A stretch of 64,000 nt of DNA from assembly GCA_020054235.1 (NCBI GenBank), contig JAGVLQ010000013.1:3571-67570 (forward strand), written 5' to 3'. The notes beneath the pieces were generated by a model that had not been told where the DNA came from, searched no databases, and saw nothing but the letters and a program-made list of their open reading frames with translations. The stretch comes from Candidatus Babeliales bacterium (GTDB taxonomy: Bacteria; Babelota; Babeliae; Babelales; JACPOV01). The position numbers and the translations under genes were made by a program. Positions 37,672-47,342 of this stretch are shown here, in pieces (position 1 is the stretch's first letter; each line of letters begins with the position of its first letter).

Positions 37672-39024
37672 ATGATTAAAAAATTTTTTTCATTTCTCCT
37701 ATTTTGTAATTTTCTACTTCATGCAGAAGAGTTAAATCTTATTGAATCAATCAAAGTTTCTAAAGATGCGATAATTATAAAACCAAATAAAGAGCTTTCG
37801 AAGTTATTTTTCATAGAAGATTTTATGCTTCAATATGACGATGTTGCTATCGACTTAACAAAGTTAGATTATTCAATCCTTATTGTGCCTTTTCTTTTAC
37901 ATGTTGTCCCCATTATTTGGCAACAAGATAAAACATATATAATAGAACGAATGGATCAAGATTTGTATGAATCTTTGGGAAAAATAAAAAAAGTGTTCCG
38001 TTTATTTTACCCATCCCGAAATTGGAATGGGATTTTAAAGGCCAAAAACCTCATTAAAAACTCCTATACCCAAGCGCAAGAATTTAATGAAAATCGGAAC
38101 GCTGTAATTATACCATTTAGTGGTGGTGTTGACTCAATTTACAACTCGTTGGCAACAATTGATAAAAAACAATATCTCGTAACGATTTGCGGCGGAGACG
38201 TGCCAATTGCAAGACACGATCAATGGGTTCAAGTAAAAAATCATTGTAGATCATATGCACAGGAATATCATCTGCCGCTTGCGTGTGTACGCTCAAATTT
38301 TGCAGGAATATATAATTGGCAGCAGACTATTAACCATCCTGCTATTTGGACCTATATGACACAGGGGTTAGGCTATACGAGTTTGATGATTCCTTTTATG
38401 GTTGCAAAAGGCATTCCTTTTTGCTTAATTGGCTCAGCAAGTGTTGTTGATTGCCCTTGGCCTTATGGAAGCCATCCTCTTATTGAGCACAACTTAAAGA
38501 TTGCAGGATGCTATTCTTTTCATTTCGGAGCAGAACTTACCCGCTCAGAAAAAATTGGAAAAATCCTTGAAATTTGTAAAGAACATTCACTTAAAAAACC
38601 CAAACTACGCGTATGTTGGAAAAGTGACATAGGAAGCAACTGTTGCGAATGTTTTAGTAAATGTATAGTGACGATGGTTTGTCTTCTTGTAGAAGGCGAA
38701 GATTATGAAGATTTTGGTTTTTCTTTGCCTTTAGATGAAATGGCAGCGCGCTTAAAAAATTATTTTTTAGAAAAACCGCTTGATGAAGAAACTGTCTGGA
38801 AATGGCGTTTTGTCCAGCGTAGAATAAAGAATTTAAAAAATACTAAAAATTATAAGCCAGAAATAGCAGCATTTATAAACTGGCTTGAAGATCTTGATTT
38901 AGACAAATTATCTGATAAAAGTAAAGCACCAAAATTTTCTTCGCGATTACATTCTATCTTTTCTTCATTGTGGTCTGATAGTTTGGAAATAGCGCGCATG
39001 AGATTTAATAATCATTTTGCATAA
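37672..39024 (+). CDS. uncharacterised PP-loop (adenine nucleotide alpha-hydrolase) superfamily protein with a Cys cluster
   Basis: SGGVDS PP-loop at nt 38119-38136, preceded by a beta-strand (AVIIPF). C-terminal cluster LRVCWKSDIGSNCCECFSKC resembles the QueC-type Cys cluster. N-terminal hydrophobic segment. Confidence 0.5.
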   Translation: MIKKFFSFLLFCNFLLHAEELNLIESIKVSKDAIIIKPNKELSKLFFIEDFMLQYDDVAIDLTKLDYSILIVPFLLHVVPIIWQQDKTYIIERMDQDLYESLGKIKKVFRLFYPSRNWNGILKAKNLIKNSYTQAQEFNENRNAVIIPFSGGVDSIYNSLATIDKKQYLVTICGGDVPIARHDQWVQVKNHCRSYAQEYHLPLACVRSNFAGIYNWQQTINHPAIWTYMTQGLGYTSLMIPFMVAKGIPFCLIGSASVVDCPWPYGSHPLIEHNLKIAGCYSFHFGAELTRSEKIGKILEICKEHSLKKPKLRVCWKSDIGSNCCECFSKCIVTMVCLLVEGEDYEDFGFSLPLDEMAARLKNYFLEKPLDEETVWKWRFVQRRIKNLKNTKNYKPEIAAFINWLEDLDLDKLSDKSKAPKFSSRLHSIFSSLWSDSLEIARMRFNNHFA

Positions 39025-39070
39025 GATAAAGTTTGGTAACTAGTATAAAAAAAATACCAAAGGAAAGAAA

Positions 39071-40543
39071 TTGAAAAGAATTTTACGTTTTTCAATATTA
39101 CTTTTACTATCACTATTGGTCTCCTATAATCATAATGCTGTTCAAAACTGTTTATCTATCGAAAATCGTTCTATTTCTGATTTGCATGTAGGATTAGGCA
39201 AAGAATTGTTAACTGCAGCAAAAGAAAATACACCCCAGAAATTTCGTTCGTTACTAAAGCAAGTAGTGCAGCAGTACAGAGGTGATAAAGAAGGCTTTCT
39301 TAAAGTGCTTAATACAAGAGATGAAGATGATTTTAATATTATGCAATTTGGGTCACTTATTAGTGATATTGAGAATGTTTCAGCAATATTTGATGCCCTA
39401 GAAGAATTTTATGGTAATGATACTTATGGGCTTTTTGAATACCTTTCTCAGCGTACCAAACAAGGCTTAACGATTTTGGGTCTTGCTGAATATAGTGCCA
39501 ATAGAAGATTGATTGAACTCATAATGATGCGGATAATGAAGTTATCGGCTGAAAATAAAGAACTTTTTTTAAAATTTATGAATCTTGGTACTTATCAAGA
39601 AAACGAAAGACCTTTGGGTGATGCTTCATTTGATAGTGAATTTGAAAATATAAAAATTATGGTAAAAGTTGCTGCGCATGTTTTGGGCAGAGACTCAAAA
39701 GAATTTGATGAATTTTTAAATGCTCAAGAAAAATCAGGCAATAACGCATTATCCTATGCAAAAGATAATCAAATTAAATTTTTTTTGATGCATTATGGTG
39801 CAAAAATGCCTATAGGGCCAATTGATCCATTAATAACAAAAGCAAATCAAGAAGGCTTAGCATTGAATCATGCAATAAATCATGATCAATTTAAAAAATT
39901 TAATAAAATTTTAAATCTAGCTTCTCAATTTAAAGATAATGACTATGCCTTATTTACTTTCTTTTCAACGAGAAATAGTGCTGGTTGGAATCCCTTTATT
40001 AATGTTGCTGCAGACAATCAAATTAATTATTTAAAAATATTGCTTGAAAAAATAGATTATCTTTTTAAAGAAGATAAAGAAACAAAATCATTATTATTAA
40101 GTAATGCCGATTTTGAAGGAAGGACACCATTACATTTAGCAATTTTGCGAAGAAATTTTGATATAGCACGGTTGCTTATAGATACGATTGTTCGTTACTC
40201 AGTTAATAAACCTTTTTTATATGCTGTTTTAAGTGTAGCTAATGAATTAAATGGTTTTACGCCTTTTACAAATACTATTTATGCAAGTGAAGATTTTGAT
40301 GAAGAAATTTATGAATTTACTAAATTTTTTATTACTCGCGCGGAACAATTATTCGGTAGAAATTCTCGGATGTTTTATTTATTTATGAATACGAGAGATT
40401 ATAATGGTTGGAATCCGCTGGCATATGCTGTTGATACTCCGATGATCAAGTTACTTAAATCCTATGGTGCGGTAGATACTGTTATGCCTTATTATAAAGG
40501 AATTGGTGAATTTAAAAAATTAGAATTTGAAGGCGAATTATAA
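39071..40543 (+). CDS. exported ankyrin-repeat protein (divergent repeats)
   Basis: TTG start with AAGGAAAG upstream. Signal-like N-terminus. ANK-type units (EGRTPLHLAILRRNFDIARLLI; NGWNPLAYAVDTPMIKLLKSYGA; AGWNPFINVAADNQINYLKILL). Confidence 0.55.
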   Translation: MKRILRFSILLLLSLLVSYNHNAVQNCLSIENRSISDLHVGLGKELLTAAKENTPQKFRSLLKQVVQQYRGDKEGFLKVLNTRDEDDFNIMQFGSLISDIENVSAIFDALEEFYGNDTYGLFEYLSQRTKQGLTILGLAEYSANRRLIELIMMRIMKLSAENKELFLKFMNLGTYQENERPLGDASFDSEFENIKIMVKVAAHVLGRDSKEFDEFLNAQEKSGNNALSYAKDNQIKFFLMHYGAKMPIGPIDPLITKANQEGLALNHAINHDQFKKFNKILNLASQFKDNDYALFTFFSTRNSAGWNPFINVAADNQINYLKILLEKIDYLFKEDKETKSLLLSNADFEGRTPLHLAILRRNFDIARLLIDTIVRYSVNKPFLYAVLSVANELNGFTPFTNTIYASEDFDEEIYEFTKFFITRAEQLFGRNSRMFYLFMNTRDYNGWNPLAYAVDTPMIKLLKSYGAVDTVMPYYKGIGEFKKLEFEGEL

Positions 40544-40550
40544 TTTAATT

Positions 40551-43214
40551 ATGAAAGCATATAAAGAACTTATTGAAACTGTTTTACAAAATCTATCTAC
40601 TGACTCTGCCAAAGGCCTTTCTTTTGACCAAGTGATTCAACTTCAAAAACGATTTGGTAAGAATATTTTGCCAAAGATTCAGCGCGATTCGCTCTTGAAA
40701 ATTTTTTTTCGTCAATTTCAAAATCCTCTGATTTATATTTTATTGGTCGCAGCAACAATAATTTTTTTTGTAGGTGACCCTCTTGATGCATTCGTGATTA
40801 GTGGGGTATTGTTTTTTAATGCTGTTATTGGAACTATTCAAGAAGGCAGAACAGAGCGAATGCTTGAAAGTTTAAGAAAATACTTAAAATTTCAAGTAAT
40901 TGTCTTGCGCGATGGGAAAAAGAAGATTGTACAATCATCTGAATTAGTCCCTGGAGATATTGTTATTTTGCAAGAGGGAGAAAAAGTTCCTGCTGATGCT
41001 CGTTTGCTAGAAGCACACCATCTTTTAGTAGATGAGTCAATGTTAACGGGAGAATCAAGGGGAATAGCAAAAGAAATAAAACCAATAACACAAGAAGTTT
41101 CAATTGCTGATCAAAAAAATATGATTTTTAAGGGCACTTATATTCTTAATGGTTTTGCAAAAGCAGTTGTTGTTGCTACAGCAGACAAAACTGAAATAGG
41201 GAGAATAGGCCACGCGATTGAAGAAATTGAAACAGAAATGCCTCTCAAGCGCGAAATTGATCATTTATCAGGGTATATTTTATATTTTATTTTGCTCGTA
41301 TGTTTATTTTTATTGTTGATAGGCGTTTGGCAAGGAAGAACATTTGTTGACATGTTGGTTATTCTTACTGCCCTTTTTATTTGTGTTATTCCTGAAGGAT
41401 TGCCCGTAATTATGACATTAACACTTGTTACTGGTGCCTATCGCATGTCAAAAGAAAATGTTTTGGTAAAACGATTACAAGCAGCGGAAGGTCTAGGACG
41501 TACCGATGTTATAATAATTGACAAAACTGGAACATTGACACGCAATGAAATGATTGTTTCAAAGTTATATGCCGATGATAAATTATATGAGATTTCAGGA
41601 CAAGGATACAAGCCTGAAGGGAATATTTATTATGAACAAAAACCATTAAAAGAATATAGTTCAACAATGCATTTAATGGGATTAGGTTGCTCATTAATGA
41701 ATAAAACAGAAATTGAGTTTGTTCCTGATCTAAAATTATACAATATAAAAGGAGATCCAACGGAAGCGGCATTATTTGTTTTTTCCCAAAAAATTGATAT
41801 AAGTAGCCAAGAAGCTTTATTTGAATATAAACCTCTTTATGAACAACCTTTCGAATCTGTGTTGCGATATCAAGCAGGAATTTATCAAAAAGGAGATGAT
41901 ATTTTTTGTTTTATTGCCGGAGCACCAGAGACGATTATCAATAAGTGTCATAATGCTAAATATCAAACTCAACAAACTTTACAAGAATTAGTTCAAGAGG
42001 GTTTTAGAGTTATTGGTATGGCAGAAAAAAAAATTGATATTCTAAAACTTGCCCCCAATTGGCAGGAGGATTCTAATTTTTTGAAACAGCTATTTGAAGA
42101 TAATTTTAACTTTTTGGGTTTATTCGCTATTGAAGATACTATTCGGCCTGAAGTTAAACGAATTGTAGCACAAGCAAAGTCAGCTGGACTTAATGTTGTT
42201 ATGGCAACGGGAGATCATAGAGATACTGCATTATTTGTTGCGCGTAAAGTAGGTATTTTTCATGATGGAGACAGGGTTATTGAAGGTAAAGAAATTGATT
42301 TGTTGTCTGATGATGAATTATCTTCAAAATTAGATTTAATCAAAGTTTTTGCGCGTGTTTCACCTGAAAATAAATTACGTATTGTTCAATTATTTCGCAA
42401 AAAAGGAAATATTGTTGCTATGACAGGTGATGGTGTCAATGATGCTCCTTCGTTAGTTGCAGCTGATCTTGGTATTGCTATGGGAGCTATTGGAACAGAA
42501 GTTGCAAAACGAGCAGCCGATATGATTTTATTAGATGACTCATTTATGAGTGTTGTGCATGCCATTGAACAAGGTCGGCATATTTTTGCTACGTTGCGGC
42601 GTGTTATTACTTACTTTTTTACCACCAATATGGCAGAAATTTTTATTATTCTTTTTGCGTTGGTTGCCAATATGCCATTGCCTTTATTGGCAGTTCAAAT
42701 TCTTTGGTTGAATCTGATTACTGATGGTTTCCTTGATGTAGCGCTTTCTCTTGAGCCATGCCATGAGAAAGCATTAGCAATAAGCATTCATGTGAAAAAA
42801 ATTACACGGCTTGTTGATTGGAAGGTTTTTCTCAATATGGTTTATCTTTCTATACCGATGGCTTTAGGTTCTTTGTTTATTTTTAATAGGTATTATGAAC
42901 AGAATATTTCTCTTGCAAGAACGATGGCGCTTGTTACTATGGCAATGTATCAGTGGTTTAATGCATGGAACTGCCGTTCAGAAAAGTTTTCAATTTTTAA
43001 GATCGGAATCTTGAGTAATTATTGGCTTTTAATAGCTACCTTTTTTGTTTTAGGGTTGCAAATGATACTATTATACACAATTCCAGGGCAGTATATTTTT
43101 AAGACAGTACCTTTAACCTTTAATCAATGGTGTTTAATATTGTTGCTAACGGCCCCTTTATTTATATTTGAAGAGTTGCGAAAAGTGCTTGTAAACTATC
43201 TTTTTAAAGATTAA
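40551..43214 (+). CDS. P2-type cation-transporting P-type ATPase (Ca2+-ATPase-like)
   Basis: TGES, DKTGTLT, PEGLPVI, MATGDH and TGDGVNDAPSL motifs with ten predicted TM segments. I prefer ATG 40551 over TTG 40527. Confidence 0.85.
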   Translation: MKAYKELIETVLQNLSTDSAKGLSFDQVIQLQKRFGKNILPKIQRDSLLKIFFRQFQNPLIYILLVAATIIFFVGDPLDAFVISGVLFFNAVIGTIQEGRTERMLESLRKYLKFQVIVLRDGKKKIVQSSELVPGDIVILQEGEKVPADARLLEAHHLLVDESMLTGESRGIAKEIKPITQEVSIADQKNMIFKGTYILNGFAKAVVVATADKTEIGRIGHAIEEIETEMPLKREIDHLSGYILYFILLVCLFLLLIGVWQGRTFVDMLVILTALFICVIPEGLPVIMTLTLVTGAYRMSKENVLVKRLQAAEGLGRTDVIIIDKTGTLTRNEMIVSKLYADDKLYEISGQGYKPEGNIYYEQKPLKEYSSTMHLMGLGCSLMNKTEIEFVPDLKLYNIKGDPTEAALFVFSQKIDISSQEALFEYKPLYEQPFESVLRYQAGIYQKGDDIFCFIAGAPETIINKCHNAKYQTQQTLQELVQEGFRVIGMAEKKIDILKLAPNWQEDSNFLKQLFEDNFNFLGLFAIEDTIRPEVKRIVAQAKSAGLNVVMATGDHRDTALFVARKVGIFHDGDRVIEGKEIDLLSDDELSSKLDLIKVFARVSPENKLRIVQLFRKKGNIVAMTGDGVNDAPSLVAADLGIAMGAIGTEVAKRAADMILLDDSFMSVVHAIEQGRHIFATLRRVITYFFTTNMAEIFIILFALVANMPLPLLAVQILWLNLITDGFLDVALSLEPCHEKALAISIHVKKITRLVDWKVFLNMVYLSIPMALGSLFIFNRYYEQNISLARTMALVTMAMYQWFNAWNCRSEKFSIFKIGILSNYWLLIATFFVLGLQMILLYTIPGQYIFKTVPLTFNQWCLILLLTAPLFIFEELRKVLVNYLFKD

Positions 43215-43295
43215 AAAATTTGACGCAAAAAAATAATCGAGTAGATTAAGAGACTACAATATTCATTGCTTGTTAAAATTAATAAGGATTGTTTC

Positions 43296-43979
43296 ATGAA
43301 AAATGCTTCTAAAAATAGGATAATTGTTATTTTTTTCGGAATTTCATTATCTCTTTGTGCTGCACAAACAATAAAAGTTGAGGGTGAAACTAAATCAGCT
43401 AGTGTTGAAAAAGGTCTTAAGAGTGACACGGATTTTATGAAGTCTCCCGATGCTTTGAGAAATTTCATTCGTGAAGAGATACAAAAATCTATTGCCTTTA
43501 TTAACCCCTTTGAGATTCTTGAAAAATCAACAGAATATCGTGATGGCCTCAAGCGTATTGAAAAAGAACTTGATTCGCGCAAAGCGCAACTCAAATCTCT
43601 TGAAGAAACAGCAATCAAGAAAAAAACTGAGCTAGAAACTATGGGGAATGCACTGAGTGAAACTGCGCGTGAGCGTAAACGCGAAGAACTTGTTAATTTG
43701 GAAGCCCAATATCGTATTAAGGTACAAGGTGCCCAAGAATATGCCCAAGGTGCAGAAGAAAAATTGCGTATGAATATTTTGAAAAAAATCCAAGATGAAG
43801 CAGAAGCTTTGGCGCGTGAAGAAAACCGTATCATGGTTCTTGCTGGTGGCATAATTTTTGGTGCTAAACCGATTGATCTAACCCAAAAAGTTCTTACTCG
43901 CTTAAACAAAAAATATGAAGCTGAAAAAGAAAAGCAAAAAAAAGATGAAGGTTCTAAACCAAAAGCAAATGAAGACTAA
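43296..43979 (+). CDS. skp: OmpH/Skp-family periplasmic chaperone
   Basis: AAGGA at 43284-43288 precedes ATG 43296. Signal peptide, long coiled-coil arms, and a C-terminal IDLTQKVLTRLNKKY as in Skp. Confidence 0.7.
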   Translation: MKNASKNRIIVIFFGISLSLCAAQTIKVEGETKSASVEKGLKSDTDFMKSPDALRNFIREEIQKSIAFINPFEILEKSTEYRDGLKRIEKELDSRKAQLKSLEETAIKKKTELETMGNALSETARERKREELVNLEAQYRIKVQGAQEYAQGAEEKLRMNILKKIQDEAEALAREENRIMVLAGGIIFGAKPIDLTQKVLTRLNKKYEAEKEKQKKDEGSKPKANED

Positions 43980-44009
43980 TTTTGCTTATTAATAAGAAAT
44001 AATAAATTT

Positions 44010-44044
44010 TCCCGTCTGTAAGATTTTCTTATGGACGGGATTTT
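44010..44044 (+). terminator. probable rho-independent terminator after skp
   Basis: TCCCGTC (44010-44016) pairs with GACGGGA (44034-44040) and is followed by TTTT (44041-44044). The 17-nt loop is large. The hairpin covers ATG 44031, which argues for the pth start at 44058. Confidence 0.45.
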
Positions 44045-44057
44045 GTTAAGTAATCAT

Positions 44058-44585
44058 ATGGAAAAAAAAACAGACATAAAAGCAATCATAGGGCTCGGTA
44101 ACCCCGGACCAAAGTTTGAACACAATAGGCACAATATTGGCTTTTTAGTTCTTGATGCGCTTGCAGATAAATACAATTTATCTTGGCAGAAAAAAGATAT
44201 CTTCGAGCTGGCTGAATTGTGTATTGATGATAAAACAGTTTTACTTATAAAGCCCCAAACTTTTATGAACACTTCCGGCAAAGTTGTTCCCTTTTTGCAA
44301 AAAAAAGGCATTAAGCCTGAAAACATTATTGTTGTTCATGATGAATTAGAGTTGCCTTTTGGTAAAGTTAAACTTAAATTCGCTGGTAGTGCTAAGGGGC
44401 ATAACGGTTTGCGCTCTATTATCGATTTTATCGGTAAAGATTTCTGGCGTCTTTCTTTTGGCATAGGAAGACCAGAAAATCGTGAAGATGTTGGCAATTA
44501 TGTTCTTTCCAATTTTTCAGAAGGTGCTGATCTTTTGGCTAGCAATATAGGTCAAGCATGCAATTTCTTAGAAAAGCTGCTTTAA
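44058..44585 (+). CDS. pth: peptidyl-tRNA hydrolase
   Basis: IIGLGNPGPKFEHNRHNIGF, VVHDELELPFG and GHNGLRS motifs. Confidence 0.9.
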   Translation: MEKKTDIKAIIGLGNPGPKFEHNRHNIGFLVLDALADKYNLSWQKKDIFELAELCIDDKTVLLIKPQTFMNTSGKVVPFLQKKGIKPENIIVVHDELELPFGKVKLKFAGSAKGHNGLRSIIDFIGKDFWRLSFGIGRPENREDVGNYVLSNFSEGADLLASNIGQACNFLEKLL

Positions 44586-47188
44586 TTTTTTAACCAGTTT
44601 TTAATTTTTTCTTGAAGTACCTGAACATCCAAGAAGGATCCGCCGCCTTGGAGCATTCCTTTTTTGCCACCACCGCGCAATGCAAACGATTCTTGTAACC
44701 AGTTTCCAAATTGCTTAAAATCTATTTTTGATTCATAGCTTTGGGCAATCATGCTCAAGAATGTACAGCGATCATTTTCACAACTTATCAAGAAATAAAA
44801 GCCAGGTTTTTTATCCATGAGTTCTTGTGCGATAGCTCTTAATTCATCGACTGAATAATCAGAAAATGAAAAAAATCCAAATGGCAAACCATTAATTTCC
44901 TTGACGCTTGAAAGCCAAGCAGGCAACTGAACTTTCCAAGTTTCTTTTTTTAACTGTTTTAATTGTGCTTGTGCTTGTTTGAGTTGTTCGCGTTGCTTTT
45001 CAATTGCATCAATAAGTTCATGATGCTGCACTTTATAGTCTTGACTGAGTTTTTTTACAATACCAAAATCTTGCTGATATAGTTCCATTGCGCCGCGCCC
45101 TGTCATCGCAAAAATTCTGCGCTGACCAGCAGATAACGATATTTCTTCGGTAATTTTGAAGGTGCCAATATCACCAGTTCTTCTTACATGGGTGCCACCG
45201 CAGAGTTCCATAGAAAAAGGTGAAATATCAATAACACGAACGCTTTCTGGATTGTATTTTTCACCAAAGATAGCAATTACGCCTTTTTTTATAGCATCTT
45301 GATAGGTAGTTTCGTAGATCGAGACCGAAAGATTTTCACGAATTTTTTCATTAACGCGATTTTCTACCAATTTAATTTCTTCTGGGTTCATTGCTTTATG
45401 GTACGTAAAATCAAAACGTAAATAATCAGGGTGAACTAAAGAACCAGATTGTTTAACCTCTTTGCCAAGAATTTCGATTAGCGCAGATTGCAATAAATGC
45501 GTTGCAGTATGATTATTCATCGTATCAAGACGACGTTGATAAGACACTTGTGACATCGCGCTTTGACCAATTTTTAAATCACATGGCGCAGTAATGTTGA
45601 TTGCAATAGCATTATTAACGCGCTTAAGATCTTCGATGGGCGTTTTTTTATTTTCGATAATTACCATTCCTTCATCGCTTACTTGGCCGCCCTTTTCTAC
45701 AAAAAATGGTGATTCTTGGGTAACAATCCAACATGATTCGCCTTCTTTGATTGTTTCTACTAATTGGTTATCTTGGATAAGGGCAATGATGGGAGATTTA
45801 TGTTCGGTTGTTTCATAGCCAACAAAGGTTGTTTGAATAGTATCTGGCAATGAAATTTTATCAATATCTTGTTTGACTATTTTGCCGCCAGAGCGCTCAC
45901 GTTGTAGCTCCATTTGCGCATCAAAACCTTCAGTGTCAACCGTGTAGCCTTTTTCATGAGCAATAACGCGGGTTAATTCCAAGGGAAAACCATACGTATC
46001 ATACAATTTGAATGCTTGGACACCCGTAATAATTCTATTTTTTTTGGATTCTTCAAAGAATTTTTCTAATATAGTTTGTCCATGCACAAGATTTGTTGCG
46101 AATTTGTCAATTTCTGTTTTGAGCAAATGTTTGATAGCTTTTTCTGCGGGTTTGAGTTCTGGATAAATAGAGCCCATAGAATCAATAACTGCTTGAGCAA
46201 GATCTGGGAAAATATTATTGCTCGTTAATTTTTGTGCAAATAAAGCTGCACGGCGAATTACCTTGCGCAATACATAACCGCGTCCTTCATTTGACGGTGT
46301 AGCGCCATCAGCAATCAAAAAAGTTGCAGCGCGCACATGGTCTGCAATAACATTAAAGGCTGTTCTGATGGGCATAGCAGAATCATAATAGGCAAAACCG
46401 GTCAATTCTTCTGTTTTTTTAATGATTGGTGCAAAAAGGTCAGTTTCGAATACTGATTCTTTATTTTCAACAATAAGGGCTAATCGCTCAAGTCCCATGC
46501 CTGTATCAACACCAGGGTTTTTTAAGGGAACATTAGTGCCGTCTTCTTGGCGATCATATTGCATAAAAACAAGGTTCCAAACTTCTAAAAATCGGTCACA
46601 ACTACAACCCGGAGTACACTCTTTTTTCCCGCAGCCTATTTTTGGACCGCGGTCAACATAAATTTCAGTGCAAGGACCACAGGGGCCGGTATCTCCCATT
46701 TGCCAAAAATTGTCCTTTGCACCAAGTTTAGAGATTCTTTCTTTGGCAACGCCAACGTCTTTGTGCCAAATGTCATAACTTTCATTGTCTTGTTCAAAAA
46801 CGGTAACATACATATTTTTGGGGTCAAAATTAAAATATTTGATAAGGCATTCCCAAGCCCAGCTAATCGCGTCTTTTTTAAAGTAATCACCAAAAGAAAA
46901 GTTGCCCATCATTTCAAAAAACGTAAGGTGACGATTCGTAAGACCGACATTATCAAGATCATTATGCTTACCCCCGGCACGCATGCACTTTTGAATGGAA
47001 ACCGCTCTGGTATAGCTACGTTTTTCTTTGCCTAAAAAGGCGTCTTTGAATTGGTTCATTCCTGCATTGGTGAAAAGAAGGGTTGGATCTTGGGCAGGAA
47101 TTAAAGATGAGCTAGGAACTTTGGTGTGGCTATGTTTTTCAAAAAATTCGAAAAATTTTTTACGCGTTTCTAATGATTTCATAATCAA
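44582..47188 (-). CDS. alaS: alanine--tRNA ligase
   Basis: FTNAGMNQFK, FFEMMGNFSFGDYFK, the HTATHLL editing-domain motif and a C-terminal DHHA1-like GGGK region. Overlaps pth by 4 nt in convergent orientation. Confidence 0.95.
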   Translation of the reverse strand: MIMKSLETRKKFFEFFEKHSHTKVPSSSLIPAQDPTLLFTNAGMNQFKDAFLGKEKRSYTRAVSIQKCMRAGGKHNDLDNVGLTNRHLTFFEMMGNFSFGDYFKKDAISWAWECLIKYFNFDPKNMYVTVFEQDNESYDIWHKDVGVAKERISKLGAKDNFWQMGDTGPCGPCTEIYVDRGPKIGCGKKECTPGCSCDRFLEVWNLVFMQYDRQEDGTNVPLKNPGVDTGMGLERLALIVENKESVFETDLFAPIIKKTEELTGFAYYDSAMPIRTAFNVIADHVRAATFLIADGATPSNEGRGYVLRKVIRRAALFAQKLTSNNIFPDLAQAVIDSMGSIYPELKPAEKAIKHLLKTEIDKFATNLVHGQTILEKFFEESKKNRIITGVQAFKLYDTYGFPLELTRVIAHEKGYTVDTEGFDAQMELQRERSGGKIVKQDIDKISLPDTIQTTFVGYETTEHKSPIIALIQDNQLVETIKEGESCWIVTQESPFFVEKGGQVSDEGMVIIENKKTPIEDLKRVNNAIAINITAPCDLKIGQSAMSQVSYQRRLDTMNNHTATHLLQSALIEILGKEVKQSGSLVHPDYLRFDFTYHKAMNPEEIKLVENRVNEKIRENLSVSIYETTYQDAIKKGVIAIFGEKYNPESVRVIDISPFSMELCGGTHVRRTGDIGTFKITEEISLSAGQRRIFAMTGRGAMELYQQDFGIVKKLSQDYKVQHHELIDAIEKQREQLKQAQAQLKQLKKETWKVQLPAWLSSVKEINGLPFGFFSFSDYSVDELRAIAQELMDKKPGFYFLISCENDRCTFLSMIAQSYESKIDFKQFGNWLQESFALRGGGKKGMLQGGGSFLDVQVLQEKIKNWLKN

Positions 47189-47342
47189 TCAGCTCTTTTG
47201 GAAGGTCTAAAGCTATTTTACCGCTTATTTTAGTATAGTCTTAATTTTAGGATTTTCATACTATCAGCCTTAGAATTTCTTGTCAGAATTTACTGAAGTG
47301 CTACCTTTAATGCAGATGTTTTTTTGACCAAAGGAATTATTG

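Noticed and set aside
43211-43909. 232-codon minus-strand ORF fully antisense to skp
   Set aside because: Its Ser/Arg/Phe-rich low-complexity product is the typical shadow of a Glu/Lys/Ala-rich coiled-coil gene. The plus-strand Skp-like ORF has an SD, a signal peptide and family features.
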